Positions 22,891 to 35,065 are shown, numbered from the whole stretch's first letter. The stretch is DNA of 49,833 nucleotides, filler included, from Sphacelaria rigidula (GCA_964200075.2; 3 parts of 3 records of this genome joined end to end with filler, not necessarily neighbours in it); one strand, 5' to 3'. Notes: generated by a model not told the origin, from the letters alone. Program-made: numbers and translations.

Positions 22891-24355
22891 GCTCTATTAG
22901 CGGCGAAATATCTTCCGCTTGGCAAGATATTACAGTTACTGTACACCCATCAAGGTGATGATACAACAGTATCAAACTCTAGACATCATGCGCGCTCAGA
23001 CACGGACACGTTGTTGCACTGCATTGTCGACGTTCACAATGTTCGTCCTGCAACTTCAGTAGGCCCTTGAGCAAATTCTCCCCGATCTCGGTATCTTGGA
23101 TTTTCCTGTTGTCGTCACCAGAAGCTGCCACCAACATTCCCTCCGACATACATATCTTCCCTCCCCCTGATCTTGCCGTGAAAGTCAACACCAACGCGGG
23201 TTCAACCCCCACCACCGCCACCATTGTGCTTCTGCCCCAATTGTGGCGCACAACCGTCCACGATGCCCGCTCTGGACTGGGCACCAATTATTTCTTCGAC
23301 GGAGAGCAGGTTCAGCACCATCTTTGCGATATGAGTAGCAGGCACATAGTGGACCTGCGTCGTGTAGGGGCGCGGCACGGGAAACATCCCGGGTGTGCAT
23401 TATATCCGTTCCATCACCAATAATAATAGTGGCTGTGCTTCGACATAGTCTCGGCAGTCGTCAACGTGTCCATCAGCCTCTCGAGAACTACATCCTCACT
23501 TTCGACGTCGTCTGGATGAAGAGCAAAAATCACAATTGCGCAAGGTAGCAGCAAAAGAGCCACGTGGAGAAGACCGCCGATACCCTCATGCTGCCGGCAA
23601 GGCTGTTTCTTAGCTGCTTCGATCCGGCTGTTTCTGTCTGTGCAATTTGCACTGGCAGAGACACAAAGATTAAGCGGTAGCGGCAGCGCCTGCGGAGTTG
23701 GAGTTGAGTTGGTGTTGTTTTTTGTTTTTGCTCCTGGCACGGTATTGTCCGGAGGCATGCATGCTTGTCCACAATATTTTGCGTTTTTCCTGGGTCATGT
23801 TCCATTAAAGCTTTTGCCGTGGCCGTTACACACGGTGGTCATTCTTGCAGCGTAGGCGAGGAAAAGCTCGATACCTGCAGCGCATCAAGTCGACTACTGG
23901 CAGTCACAACCGACGAAAACGGTACTGTGTACGCAAAACATATGAAGCCTCGCATCATGAACGTGCTCGCTAACACAAGTGGCAACGCAGTGGAACCACT
24001 ACCTGCAGGGGTTCGAGTCTTGCGGGTTGTACCGCCAATGTTGTAGTTGTCGTGACTGTTGCTTTTTGCGACGAACATCGATCGGCAGATACAAGGGACA
24101 CTATTCTAACAATGAACCTAAGGGCACTATCTTGCTGACGTATACGGTACAGTGAATGGCGCTCGTCTAGTTTACCGTCGCTGTAACTGAATAACTGCAA
24201 TACTGGATATACCGAAGTGGTGTTTGACCAAGCGGACAACGAACAGTTCGCGTACGAGATGAGGTTGATGATGTCGCTTGAACGCGAGATTGGCGCTTGT
24301 TTGCCTGATTCGCTTCGACACTGCACGCGTCACCTACCTAATCATGGTCATGGAA

Positions 24356-24725
24356 TGTGTGTGCTGTGTTGCCGCCCCCTTTATTCTGGATGCCAGTCAA
24401 CATCTTTCGATATATGATGGCGCATCAGCCGGGGTCACACAGGAGGAAGGCCTACACGGGACTTTTTGTTTTGTTTTGTTTTGTTTTCGTTCTCCACCTT
24501 CCTTCTGTGGTGCTTGCCTTATTTTTAATCGCGAGAGGGATTCAGCGGTCCCTTTCCCTCATCGACCGAGAAGTCGAATTTTGTGTACCCATGATATCGC
24601 CGCTCTCCACTGTTGGGCATTGTGTGAGAAAAAATTCCAGTTCGTGTGACTGCACCGAGATTCGAACCCACGACTCAACCGTCAGAGGGCTTGGAGATTA
24701 CCAGCTGAGCCACCGGGGCGACCGG
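24356..24725 (-). mobile_element. tRNA-derived SINE, family A copy 2
   Basis: Colinear with 10861-11250; box A TGGCTCAGCTGG and box B GGTTCGAATC on the minus strand. Confidence 0.8.
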
Positions 24726-24736
24726 ATTTGTATATA

Positions 24737-25712
24737 TTTCCTGTGTGCCATAACTAAAGTCCGTTATGATTACACGGACCCTTCACCGTGTCCGATGCCG
24801 CCGGCGATGATTTTCTTTTAATATTTGATTTTTTTGGGGTTGAAACCCGTTCTTTTTCTACGCACCCCCGGGCATACGTGAACGGTCGGGGAAAAAGTAG
24901 TCGGCCCCGAAAAGGCCATGTTTAGCCCCCTTTGCATGGGCAAAAATGTGTCGAAAGAAAAACGTTGACCGTCCTCGCCGTCGCTAGGGTTTGACACTAG
25001 ATGGTCCCAGGCCTTCGTGAAGGCCTTCTCATCATAATTTACCACCCTTTCTAACGTACCTGCCCTCTGTCGCACCGCCACCCCGGTATGCTTCACACTA
25101 AAATCGTTATCGCCCATCCCGATTTCTTTCAGCTAATCGGACACTTGCCTGAGGGTAAATGGCCGGAGGGTAAATGACCGGTTCTTCTTGTTGATCTTCC
25201 GCAGCGCAGCGGCTTTCGTTGGGATAAGAAGTGATGGCCGCCCACTACGAGGTTTGCTTGAGAGATTGAGCTCCCTGGTGTCGTCGATCTGAGCTTTGCA
25301 CTCGGCCCAATGTTTTCTAGGGTAGTCGTTACCAACGCCGAACGCGCAGCCATGGGGCCTAGAAATCCCTTGGGCACCCTTGTTTTCCCTGGTGAAATAG
25401 CCAACGCTATCTCCACCGCCATTGCGTACCGGTGGCCCAACGACACTTCTGCGCCCCGTTTACGTTCTGGGGGGGTCTCCATCGTAGTTGTGGGGGGTGA
25501 TGGGCGTTCAAACGCGGAGAAAAACCTGAATTCTGTAAATAATTCTCGAAAATAAATTCGAAAAAATTCTCGAAATCCCATCAACATTCCCAGATTTTGA
25601 CCTACTAATTATCAATCATTTTAAAAAAACCTAACTAAAGCATCGTGGGCAACTCCGTTGGCGATATACGATCTGCCCCGCATAACGGACTTTACTTATG
25701 GCGCAGAGGAAG
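24737..25712 (-). mobile_element. Internally deleted mariner, plant DD39D/Stowaway-like (976 bp)
   Basis: TA-flanked TIRs (C/T)TTCCT(C/G)TG(C/T)GCCATAA..TAAAGTCCGTTATG. Transposase remnant METPPERKRG...KPRSGRPSLL (HTH/GRP motif) runs almost directly into GDNDFSVKH (GxNxYxxxH-like C-terminal motif); the catalytic DD..D domain is absent. Confidence 0.8.
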
Positions 25713-26717
25713 TATGTGGTAAAAGAGACGGTACGCCATAAATCCGTAACGACAACATAGCATCAATGCCGAGACAGATGAGCCAACGAAAGATTTTCGG
25801 GTGAGACACATGTCCCGTAGGTGGGATACAAATGCACGCTACTGGCGGGATGGTAGTTAAGGACGTGTTTTCATTATTTCAAGCTCACGATATTGAACTT
25901 TCTTTTTTGTCAAATACGATTATCGAGAGATTTAATAGCACGTGATCTACCATTTTTTCCCATGCTTAAGTTCCGAGTGGTTGTTGTCTTCGAGGAGGAC
26001 TTTTGTGTACTAGAAAGCTGAAGAGTTGAGTAGCTGCACCAGTCGGAATCTCAATCACAATCGGTGTACACGATTATTGCCTCTCTTACCTTCATGGTAC
26101 TGTACCATGAGCCCTCGATTTTTGTTAAATGGATACACTACTAGCTACCCTGGGCGCTACAAGGGTCGCGCAAAATCAGGAATATCAGCAATAATTCACT
26201 ACAAAGGCGTCAAGGGTCGGAGCATCGCTGGACCTGTAGTTTGTGGATCGGCTACGAATGCCAAAAACTCCACAACAAATGCATTCCACATTCATAAGAG
26301 GAGAAGAACCACCCCTTCCCATCAGCCTGTGCTGTTACTGTCGCAGCGGTTGTAGCGACACGCGCCCGCAGGTGCGGATTTTCAGAACGGGTTTGGCGCA
26401 TGGTAGCAAACACACGGTTCACCCACACTGCGCCAACGGAACATGTATCTGGCCGGCGCAGACGATCTAGGATCGAAGCCCATGTCCCTTACTGTTGGTG
26501 TTAGTACTGCGCGGTAGTGCTATACATATCGTCCACAACACACGGAGTGGGCGAGGATGCGTCCACGCACCGCCACAGGCTCTGCCGGAAGACGCCTCAT
26601 CTCTAATTAATCTTCATGGATATTTTTAGAGGCCTGGCACGGCCTAACACGAGAAGCTTGATGAGAACAGTTTTTCATTGGCCGCCATACATATGTAAAG
26701 ACTCATAAACATGTTGA

Positions 26718-26966
26718 GACTGCTGCCGAGATAGCCCCCCCCCAAACCGACCAAAAAAGTGCACGGAGGCGATGATCATAAATGCCGATCGAGCTGGTTT
26801 CGTTCTGCACGACGCGACCCATTTGGGCGTTATAGCTGATTTCGGACTGCTATACGCCTCTCATGTGGGCGAAATTGCTGCAAACGAACCCAATAGTGTG
26901 ATCGCAGCCGGTTTGTCGGACGGTCTTCGGTGCACTTTTTGCGGGGGGGCTATCTCGGCATTAGTC
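26718..26966. mobile_element. 249-bp MITE with a 4-bp flanking direct repeat
   Basis: TTGA|GACTGCTGCCGAGATAGCCCCCCC...GGGGGGGCTATCTCGGCATTAGTC|TTGA. Confidence 0.75.
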
Positions 26967-28357
26967 TTGAGTGTGTAATGCGTGATCAGGGTGTCACCTG
27001 TTGTGGCTAACCCCATACGCACTGATCCTCACATGAGTATATGAATTATTTTGAAAAACAAAATATGGCGTCTCGCAATCAAGTGAAATCACCGTGCGAG
27101 CGCTTTCATGGAATCCATATTGCTGAAACTTCGCCTACACTGTGCTTGTGTGATCAAGAGGGATACCCTACTGTAATATTGTGCGGGTATATCATTAGCT
27201 GTTACTGTAATAATACATATAGACAGTATGCGAGTATAGAACACACCCACCTCTCGCAAGAGCATTGCTCAAATACGCAGGGATACAACATGATGTACCG
27301 TGGATATCGCCTCCTCCTACAATTCCATCTAGTTCCACTTTTGCGGGCCTTTATTCATTCAGGGCTGAAGTACAGAACCTAACCCTGTACGAAACGCGAC
27401 ATGTTACAAATTGAGGACGGATTCATTTTTGAGAATGATTTTTTGGGACCTTTATAAGCGTCGAAATATTCTCGGAAACAAATGCAAATGCACTATTCGA
27501 CAGTGATGTGGCCTCGCTCATCCTCGAAAGAAACCATTTGCAATTTGTAGTATCCCATGTTTATGACGGACTTTTTTACTTTCGCTCATTCCCGTAGAAA
27601 CACTATTTTGTGTGAAACTAGCGTGACCTATGGTGGACGGTAGCAACCGTCGAAGCTGGATGATGACATCCTTCCTCGTTATTTAGGCAAGGATTGACCG
27701 TAGTCGCGGGGTGAGGCTCGTGGAGTCAACCTTCACCGGGTACAGAATAGTTTGTGTTCTGTCGTTGGACAGTTGGAGTTCAGTTGTGACTTCCCAGGGC
27801 CCAACGATGGCTTCTGTCATGTGGAGCTCTTGCTTCGCTGAGAACGTTGCCTAGGGTCCCGGAAATTCGGCTGGATAGACACGAGAGTTTCGGGCCTCTC
27901 GAACAGTCCACGGTTGCACCTGCTCCTGTAATGGCTTCGTCACCGGTTTACATGGCATACAAGTAGTCACTCCGCGCATACAACAAAGCAGCCTTCACAC
28001 TATTCTTACTTATCATAACCGCTTGTTAACACGGAGTCCTTCACTCATGCTACGAAAGGGAGGAGAGAGGGGGCGTACTCATTTGTTGCTTACCTTAGCC
28101 GTTTGACCATTGACCATGCATCCGTTTCGAGGGAGAGGGGGGTATAGTCATGAACTTGCAGGTCGTAATCATATGACTATTGGCCTCGCATCTCTACAAA
28201 GTCGAGGCGGAGCACGCCGGGTTTCGCCGGACCAGGCTCGCAATCAGTCGCTAAGCGCGAAGCGCCGTGATGTATTCGGCCAGTCGCATGAAGGGTGAGC
28301 AGCATCCCGTCAAGATTGTTTGGCCCAAATCGTACCGATTATCTTGCGTATGGATGA

Positions 28358-28739
28358 CAGCCTCCAACGAGTTGTTTCATTTTCTGGTATCGCCACTTCC
28401 AGAGACAGCCACAGGTTCCACACTGCCTCATGGGTGTCTCACCATTCAAACACTACGTAGTATGATCATCCTCTTTGCATGGAACTGACGTTCTCCCATC
28501 CCACACAATATGATCTAGCTCGACCACCATCATGGTTACCGCAAAAAAACACAAGGGCGAAAACAAATAGAATCCTGGTTGCCTCGCTTACGCAAGTGAG
28601 TGGCGTGTTTACAGCCTCGTTGCCAACCGACGCCAACCCCATGGGGGTGGATGAGCCTCCAATGAGTTGCTTCACTTTCTGGTATCGTCACTTCGTGAGA
28701 CAGCCACGGGTTCCACACTGCTCACGGGTGTCTTATTCA
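28358..28739 (+). repeat. ~90-bp diverged direct repeat (28358-28448 / 28654-28739)
   Basis: AGCCTCCAA(C/T)GAGTTG..TTTCTGGTATCG..GAGACAGCCAC(A/G)GGTTCCACACTGC occurs twice. Confidence 0.75.
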
Positions 28740-29074
28740 TAGTTTGGTCAATTCTGCTCCTTGATATATCTTTCTGGGTATTGTGAGATATGTGTCGCGG
28801 TATTGCAATATCTTGGTCGGATATTTTTCACATGAAGTTTCCGTAGGACGACTCTCATATTTGTGTGAAAACTAATCATATCTGGATGTACCAGAATCGT
28901 AGTACAGAGGAACGGTACCCGGATCAAGTATAAGGATGGTCCGCGGGGCACGACCATGTCCCTCGGGGCGTTAACATGGCCCGCTGGAGATTGGCTGGAG
29001 GTGTGATTCCAGCCGTTGTGGAGGAGAGTTGTCGACCCCCTCTTGGGTCGCTTCCTCACTAGATCCAAAAACTT

Positions 29075-29643
29075 GTACATTTCCCACCATTCAGTAGTTC
29101 CTACCGCTGGTTGGCTTGAAAGACCCAGGCCTGTGATAACTGCTGATCTCTCGTCGTCGTTCTTCCCGTAATGAACTACTTCTTCATTCACTGTGAACAT
29201 GCTGCCCGGGGTAGGCATCTATCACTGAATATGCTAGCGTTGCCGGCTGATGGTACAGATTGATCAACTGTAACATAATATCTACGCCCGGGAGCGGAGT
29301 GGATCGCAGTAGCTCTCCCATAACACAGGAAGAAACCTGGCCCGAATGCGTCGAGAGAATGAAGACATCCAGAAACGAGATCTCACAGAGGAAATACAAG
29401 AGCTCAGAGATCTTCTCGAACGGAGCCTGAGGGGTCCAGGGGGGAACAGCGGCCAGGGTAAACGCTGCAGGGAATCCTCTGTGCTTGAAGGTGCGCCGGG
29501 AGGATCTCGCACGGAGTAGGTCGGGGGGCATGAAGCAGATGCCACGGGCAAAAGAACGACGGCGAGAGATCAGCAGATATCATAGGCCTGGTTCTCTCAA
29601 GCCAACCAGCGATAGGAACTACTGAATGGTGGGAGAATGTACA
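29075..29643. repeat. ~95-bp inverted repeat (29075-29169 / 29545-29643)
   Basis: TGTACATTTCCCACCATTCAGTAGTTCCTA...TCTCTCGTCGTCGTTCTT aligns with its reverse complement at 29545-29643, roughly 85-90% identical by eye. Confidence 0.85.
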
Positions 29644-29814
29644 GGTGCTTTGGATCTAGTTTGGGAGTGGTGATGCGAGTGTGTCGTCTTTCGGCATTAG
29701 AGGCATTCGATTGCCTGCTGTCTGAATTTCGACGTACCGGGACGGAATTTCCAGCTTTGAAAGACCTGCAATGCGTGGGAGAAACGCGTGCTTTTTGGAC
29801 CACATCAGAATATA

Positions 29815-29897
29815 AACACCCCAGCATCGACGTATTTCAAGACCGCGCCCCTGACCCTAACCCTAACACGAACCCTAACACTAACCATGGGGGTGTT
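29815..29897. mobile_element. 83-bp TA-flanked mini-element with internal CCCTAA (telomere-like) repeats
   Basis: TA|AACACCCCA...CCCTGACCCTAACCCTAACACGAACCCTAACACTAACC...TGGGGGTGTT|TA. Confidence 0.55.
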
Positions 29898-29899
29898 TA

Positions 29900-32800
29900 A
29901 ACTTCGATGCGGTGCAAAAAGCAAGCGGTCCTCCCGCTCATTACAGAGCGTTTTTCGATGCATGCAAAGCAGTGCGGATTGGACGAGGCTTACACCACTC
30001 CGTGTGATATGTCGGTTACAGACATCGGACTCGATTTGTCACCTTTGGTTGAGCAGGGTAATTATAGTCAGCCGAATCAAGCGAGCGCAGGCTACATGGT
30101 GGCACCTTGACGATAATATCACGTGCACGAATATCAGTGCCATGATTAGTAACGCTATATCACCGAGTAAGGCGTAGCGTGTGCTTAGTAATCACTTTCT
30201 TTCCTTCACTGGTGCAAACTTCAACGTTCACGAGCACAATCTCAGTAGACCACAGATGAAACCAGGCGAACATCCACATGTATTTTTCTCACAGCTCAAG
30301 GAAGTTTCAGGTGGTTCTAGTCATGTTAGGGGTAGAAAAAGTATAAGAGAGTCGTTTGCCCCCTCACGCTGCGTGGACTTACCAGCGAGTATGAAGTGGT
30401 CAAAAACATCATGAGCATTCGCTTTACGCGTGACAGGGAGGCAATAGAGGGACATGTGCAGAATGAGTGCCTGGTTTTTTCAGTACAGGGCAAGATTGTC
30501 AAATATAACCGGTAGGCTTTGGTAGCGAAGACGGGGGCAGAAAGTAAGGGTAAAGCTAAGAAACCTAAACAAAACAATCAGCCTGACGACACGACTGTTT
30601 CCCTGAAACCCTGGAAACGTTGGCAAGAGGCTGCTGGAGTGCTATCGCTGTGGCCTTCCACACATGGTTCACGACTGCAAAACTCGTGTATTCAGGGCTC
30701 CAGACCAGGAATATCAAGCCGAGGCGAAGAAAGACAATGGTTAGCTTTCATGCTTGAAATTATTGGCTGCTTCTGTTTGTAGGCCCTTCTGTGAAGAGTG
30801 CTATGGTGACACTGGTGCTTCTCACCATTGAACAGACTCATTGCGATGCATAAACGACCTTACATCGGTAACCTCTAGCGTTGGAGGCACAGGGAGTGTG
30901 ACGCGTGATGCTTCATTGAAGGGTAATCTGACAGTAGCTTTCATGACAGAGGAGAACGAGTGTGAAGCAGAATTGAAAGACGTACTGTACGCCCCTGATC
31001 TAGGTTACAACCTGTTTTCTCCTTGTGCGGAATACGACGGTGAGAGTCGGGACCGGTTGGGGGGTTTAGATGACATCATGACTGCATAACGGACGTGTGA
31101 CAGTTATGAACCAGTATGGTATGTTAGTGGCCGTAGCATATCGACTAGGGGTGCAATTCAAAGCCTCGGTACTACCAGAAACTAAATCCCCGAACCCTGC
31201 TCCAATCGCAAGTGTGGGTATTAATTTGTTTCACTGCATCTACGGCCATGCTCATGAAGAGCTTTTGAGGCATACTGCTAGACATTTAGGTATCATACTT
31301 GAAGGAGACATGCGCGCATGCACTGGATGCTCGATGGCAAAGGGATACAGGACAAGTTTTCCTCGTCAGACTAAAGGTAGAGCTCAAACCCAACTGGGTA
31401 AAGTTTTCGCAGAGCTAGGGGGCAGAAAAGAGGTAGCTTCTGTAAGCGAGAAACACTACCCGATGGTCATCGAGGACAATGACAGCAGGAAATTCTGGCT
31501 GTATTTCTTGACACGTGAATCTGATGCTGATCTGGCTCTCAATCGTTTTCTCGTAGGTGTGCAACAGTGACGGATTTTCTTCGACTGTGCAGATAGTGAG
31601 ATCTAACAACGGGGCAGAAGTTTTCGGGGATAGTTTCAAATCAGTATGTGATGAGCTGTTGATTAAGCAGGCATTTATCCCCGCCAACAGTCCCCAGCTC
31701 AACGGCTTTGCAGAGCGTGGTCTAGGAGTCATTGAGGCGGCGGCACTGGCGGCAAGAATTCGGGCGAACGTATTATTTGGCCATGTTTAGTTGCCGAAGA
31801 CTAAGAAGCTATGGGCGGAGGTAGTGCATTGGGCGTGTAAACAGATCAACTTTATTACTTCGACCTTCAACCCGGACACCAAATCGCCGTACGAAGTGTA
31901 GTTCGGAGCAACTATGCTGGCCAGGCCACATCCCTTCCTCAAGCCAGCTTACTGCCGATGGAAGCGGCCATCCAGGCTACGGCCTAAGGCGTAGAGTTGC
32001 TTCTATCTCGGACCTTCGCGCGAGCATCCGCGTGACTCTTACCGTGTGCTGACACAGGAAGGGCAAACCATCGAGACTCGAGATGTCACATGCAAGGCAT
32101 CGCCGCAGTCTTTCGCGCCCCCGCAATTTCCATCACCGACGACAGGGGAAACGGGAGGGTGTACTCATGATCATGCATGCCATGGTCATAAGACCATTGA
32201 CCTCGCGGGGAAACGGGAGGGGGGATGAATCCTGCGACGACGAGTTGGGAGAAGTGTGGCCATTGACAGGAAGAGCAATTCCCCATATACGGCTACTATC
32301 TCAGGGAGAGAAGGGGGGAGTGGAAGACAGTCACCAACCGGTAGAGGCGGTGAGCCGGCGGGAAAATCTCGATTTTCCCCTGCCGCTCAATGCCCCATCA
32401 TCACCAGCGTTATCACGCAGCATCTATTTCGTCATCACTGTCGCCCTCGCCATCTCTCGACTATCGGTCAGCGTCTGCGCCACCATCATCTCCGGGTAGT
32501 ACTTCAGGACCTTCATTGCTCTCCAGCAACAGCAGCGACGATATGCCGGATCGAGATGGTCCGCCAGCGCGAACACGCAATGCGCTGAAATAGCTCGAGG
32601 CGTGCAATGTGGGTCCGCATGACGATTGAGAACGCAGGGAGGGTAGGACGTGAGCACAAACTCGGGCGCCGAACTAGGAACAAGCGACCGGTTTGCTAGC
32701 CTCGCTGAGACCCATAAATGGGGGCCAAACCTTGCGCGCGCTACTTGCTAAGCAGAGAACATTGAATAAGCCGAGCTAAATACCCGCTAGACCTGCCTAA

Positions 32801-33120
32801 GACGCCGAGCCAGAACCCACAGCGGTTGCCGAAGCCCGCGCCTCGGTACATGCTGACCTCTGGGAGGGGTCTATGAATTCAGAACTCGAACGGTTACTTG
32901 CTGCAGGAAATTTTACCTTGGTACGATCGGCTTCTGAGGAGAGTAACATAGTGAACGCTATGTGGCTTTTCAAGTGGTAGACCGGTGCCAACGGCGAAAT
33001 CTTGAAGACAACGATACCAGATTGGTTCCCTCGAGGTGTTTTCGTCTACTGCGGATGCTGCGACAATTCGTGTTCTCGTAGCACTGGCAAACACGCTCGG
33101 ATGGGATCTTCGTCATTTCT
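29900..33120 (+). mobile_element. Decayed Ty1/copia LTR retrotransposon (gag-PR-IN-start of RT), ending shortly before a gap
   Basis: Zinc knuckle CYRCGLPHMVHDC (~30640), protease GDTGASHH (~30805), GAG-pre-integrase FHCIYGH...CTGCSMAKG, integrase VRSNNGAE...SPQLNGFAERGLG...LWAE, and RT start NIVNAMWLFKW / ATIRVLVALA. Stops and frameshifts throughout. Confidence 0.88.
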
Positions 33121-33193
33121 TGTGGTTGACCCCTTGCTGTGAGTTAATTTTATTATTATTATTTCCGCACATGAGTCCGATCTCGCGAACCCG

Positions 33194-33293
33194 NNNNNNN
33201 NNNNNNNNNNNNNNNNNNNNNNNNNNNNNNNNNNNNNTTAATTAATTAANNNNNNNNNNNNNNNNNNNNNNNNNNNNNNNNNNNNNNNNNNNN
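33194..33293. other. Assembly gap with artificial TTAATTAATTAA linker
   Basis: Same 100-bp spacer structure as at 16550. Confidence 0.95.
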
Positions 33294-34825
33294 TTTTGCT
33301 TGTGGATTTCTCCGCCGTGTCTGTTTTAACAAGCCTGAAACTTGGCACAGAGATACACCACAACACAGACAGCATTTTCCCGGAGCGGCGGCACGTTCTA
33401 CGTGGTGCGCTAGTTGTACGAAGCAAAATAAGGATTTTGGGCAATGTCATCGATGCGCCCTCAAAACGCAGTCCCCTCGGCCCAGACTGCGTGAGACGTC
33501 AGTGGATGCATATGTTGGCACGCAGATACGCCCACTTCCTGCTGGGTGGCTCCTGCCCCGGCAAACGAACACATCGATCCATATTGCGCACACTCTGGAT
33601 GATGTCATTCTACGCGGTACCTATCTTGGTATCGCCTGTAGAAGTGCTCACTTCAGGAGACACGGCCGTGCAAGCGCTGTTAGTGCTTTCACGTGCTGAG
33701 ACTTCGATCACATGTCATGTAGACTACAGACGACAGCCTCATCTTCCTGAATATGGGGTTGCGGTGTGTGCGTGTGTGTTGAGATGAGAAGATTTTGGTT
33801 TCTGTTCCGATTTTTTCTTTTGGCGTGAGACTGATCTTATCGAGACCAAATAAAAAAGCGTGGACGGCAACAAGCTTTCAAAAACAGCATGTTGATTGGT
33901 CACCGCAACCTTAGACCCGCCCTGAGATCAATCTAGGCGACCTAAAACTTTAGGTCCACTGCATCAATCGATATATGCTTGATACGTTTGTTCCTCTTGG
34001 TGCTTCATTTTGTTGTCTCGATTCTCGGGAAGACACGGACCAACTCCGACCAAGGCATACGAGAACCCTCCGGCGCTAAATAGGGGCGCAAAGGGTGTCC
34101 TAGGTAAAAGGGTGCGTTGGCGGACCTCAAATCGGCGCCGATTTTGGACGAAAACGCATCGTGGGCGAGCCAGGAGAACTTGGGACTGTCAGCTCATCCA
34201 AAACTCCGAATATCGGTGTCTGTGAATTCAAGTGAAATTAAGTACCAGTCATTGTGTACGACCAACGGGGAAGGCTACTGAGTAGTACTACTGTACGTTT
34301 AGTGCTACACTTGTGGACTTCGATACAGTGTACCGCGCTTGTCCAAGAACCAGGATAAGCACCGGTACTGCGTGTAGAGAGACGGACCGTAGGCACCCAA
34401 GTACGAGTGACCTTTTGACCAGTTCGGCGGAAATAACGACGGTCAAATAGAATATCTTCACCCCAATCATCATACTGTAAAGCGCTCACCCAGCATCGTG
34501 CGCGGTGTACAGAACGCGTTTTGGAGACGTCGGTTTGACCCGATTCAACGCGAGCTTTGCCCAGGTAGGTGCACACACACCCTTTGATGGGCGTCTCTCT
34601 GCCTACCTTGGTTTGGGGTTCGGATTGGATTGTTTCAACCATCAAAAATATTTCGGTTTGGTCAAAACGTAAACCTGCCCAAACGAACGACGCATAGTTT
34701 CAGGCGTCATGTCACACGAGATGCTCATCTTCCAGTACACACTCGGTGTCGTGCTCTCTGCGATGCACACGCCCCGCCACGCGAAATGCTCATCTTCCAA
34801 TCCACCTTCAGCCTCGTGCTGCCTG

Positions 34826-35065
34826 GTGTGTGGGTGTGTGTGTGTGTGTGTTAGTGTGTTGTCATCCCATCTATTCTCGACGCCGGTCTACACCTTTCGG
34901 TATATGTGGGAGCACCGGTCGGGGTCACACAGGAGGAAGGTCAACAGTTTTTGTTTGTTGTCAGTAGTACCCCACCTTCCTTCTGCGATGCTTGCCTTTT
35001 TATTTTTTATCGCGAGAGGGGTTCAGCAGTCCCTTTCCCCCCTCGACCGTTTAGCCGAATTTTGT
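34826..35065 (-). mobile_element. SINE family A copy 3 (tRNA head missing)
   Basis: Same body (GGGGTCACACAGGAGGAAGG, CTTGCCTT...TTTTATCGCGAGAG) and (TG)n tail; truncated before box B. Confidence 0.7.
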
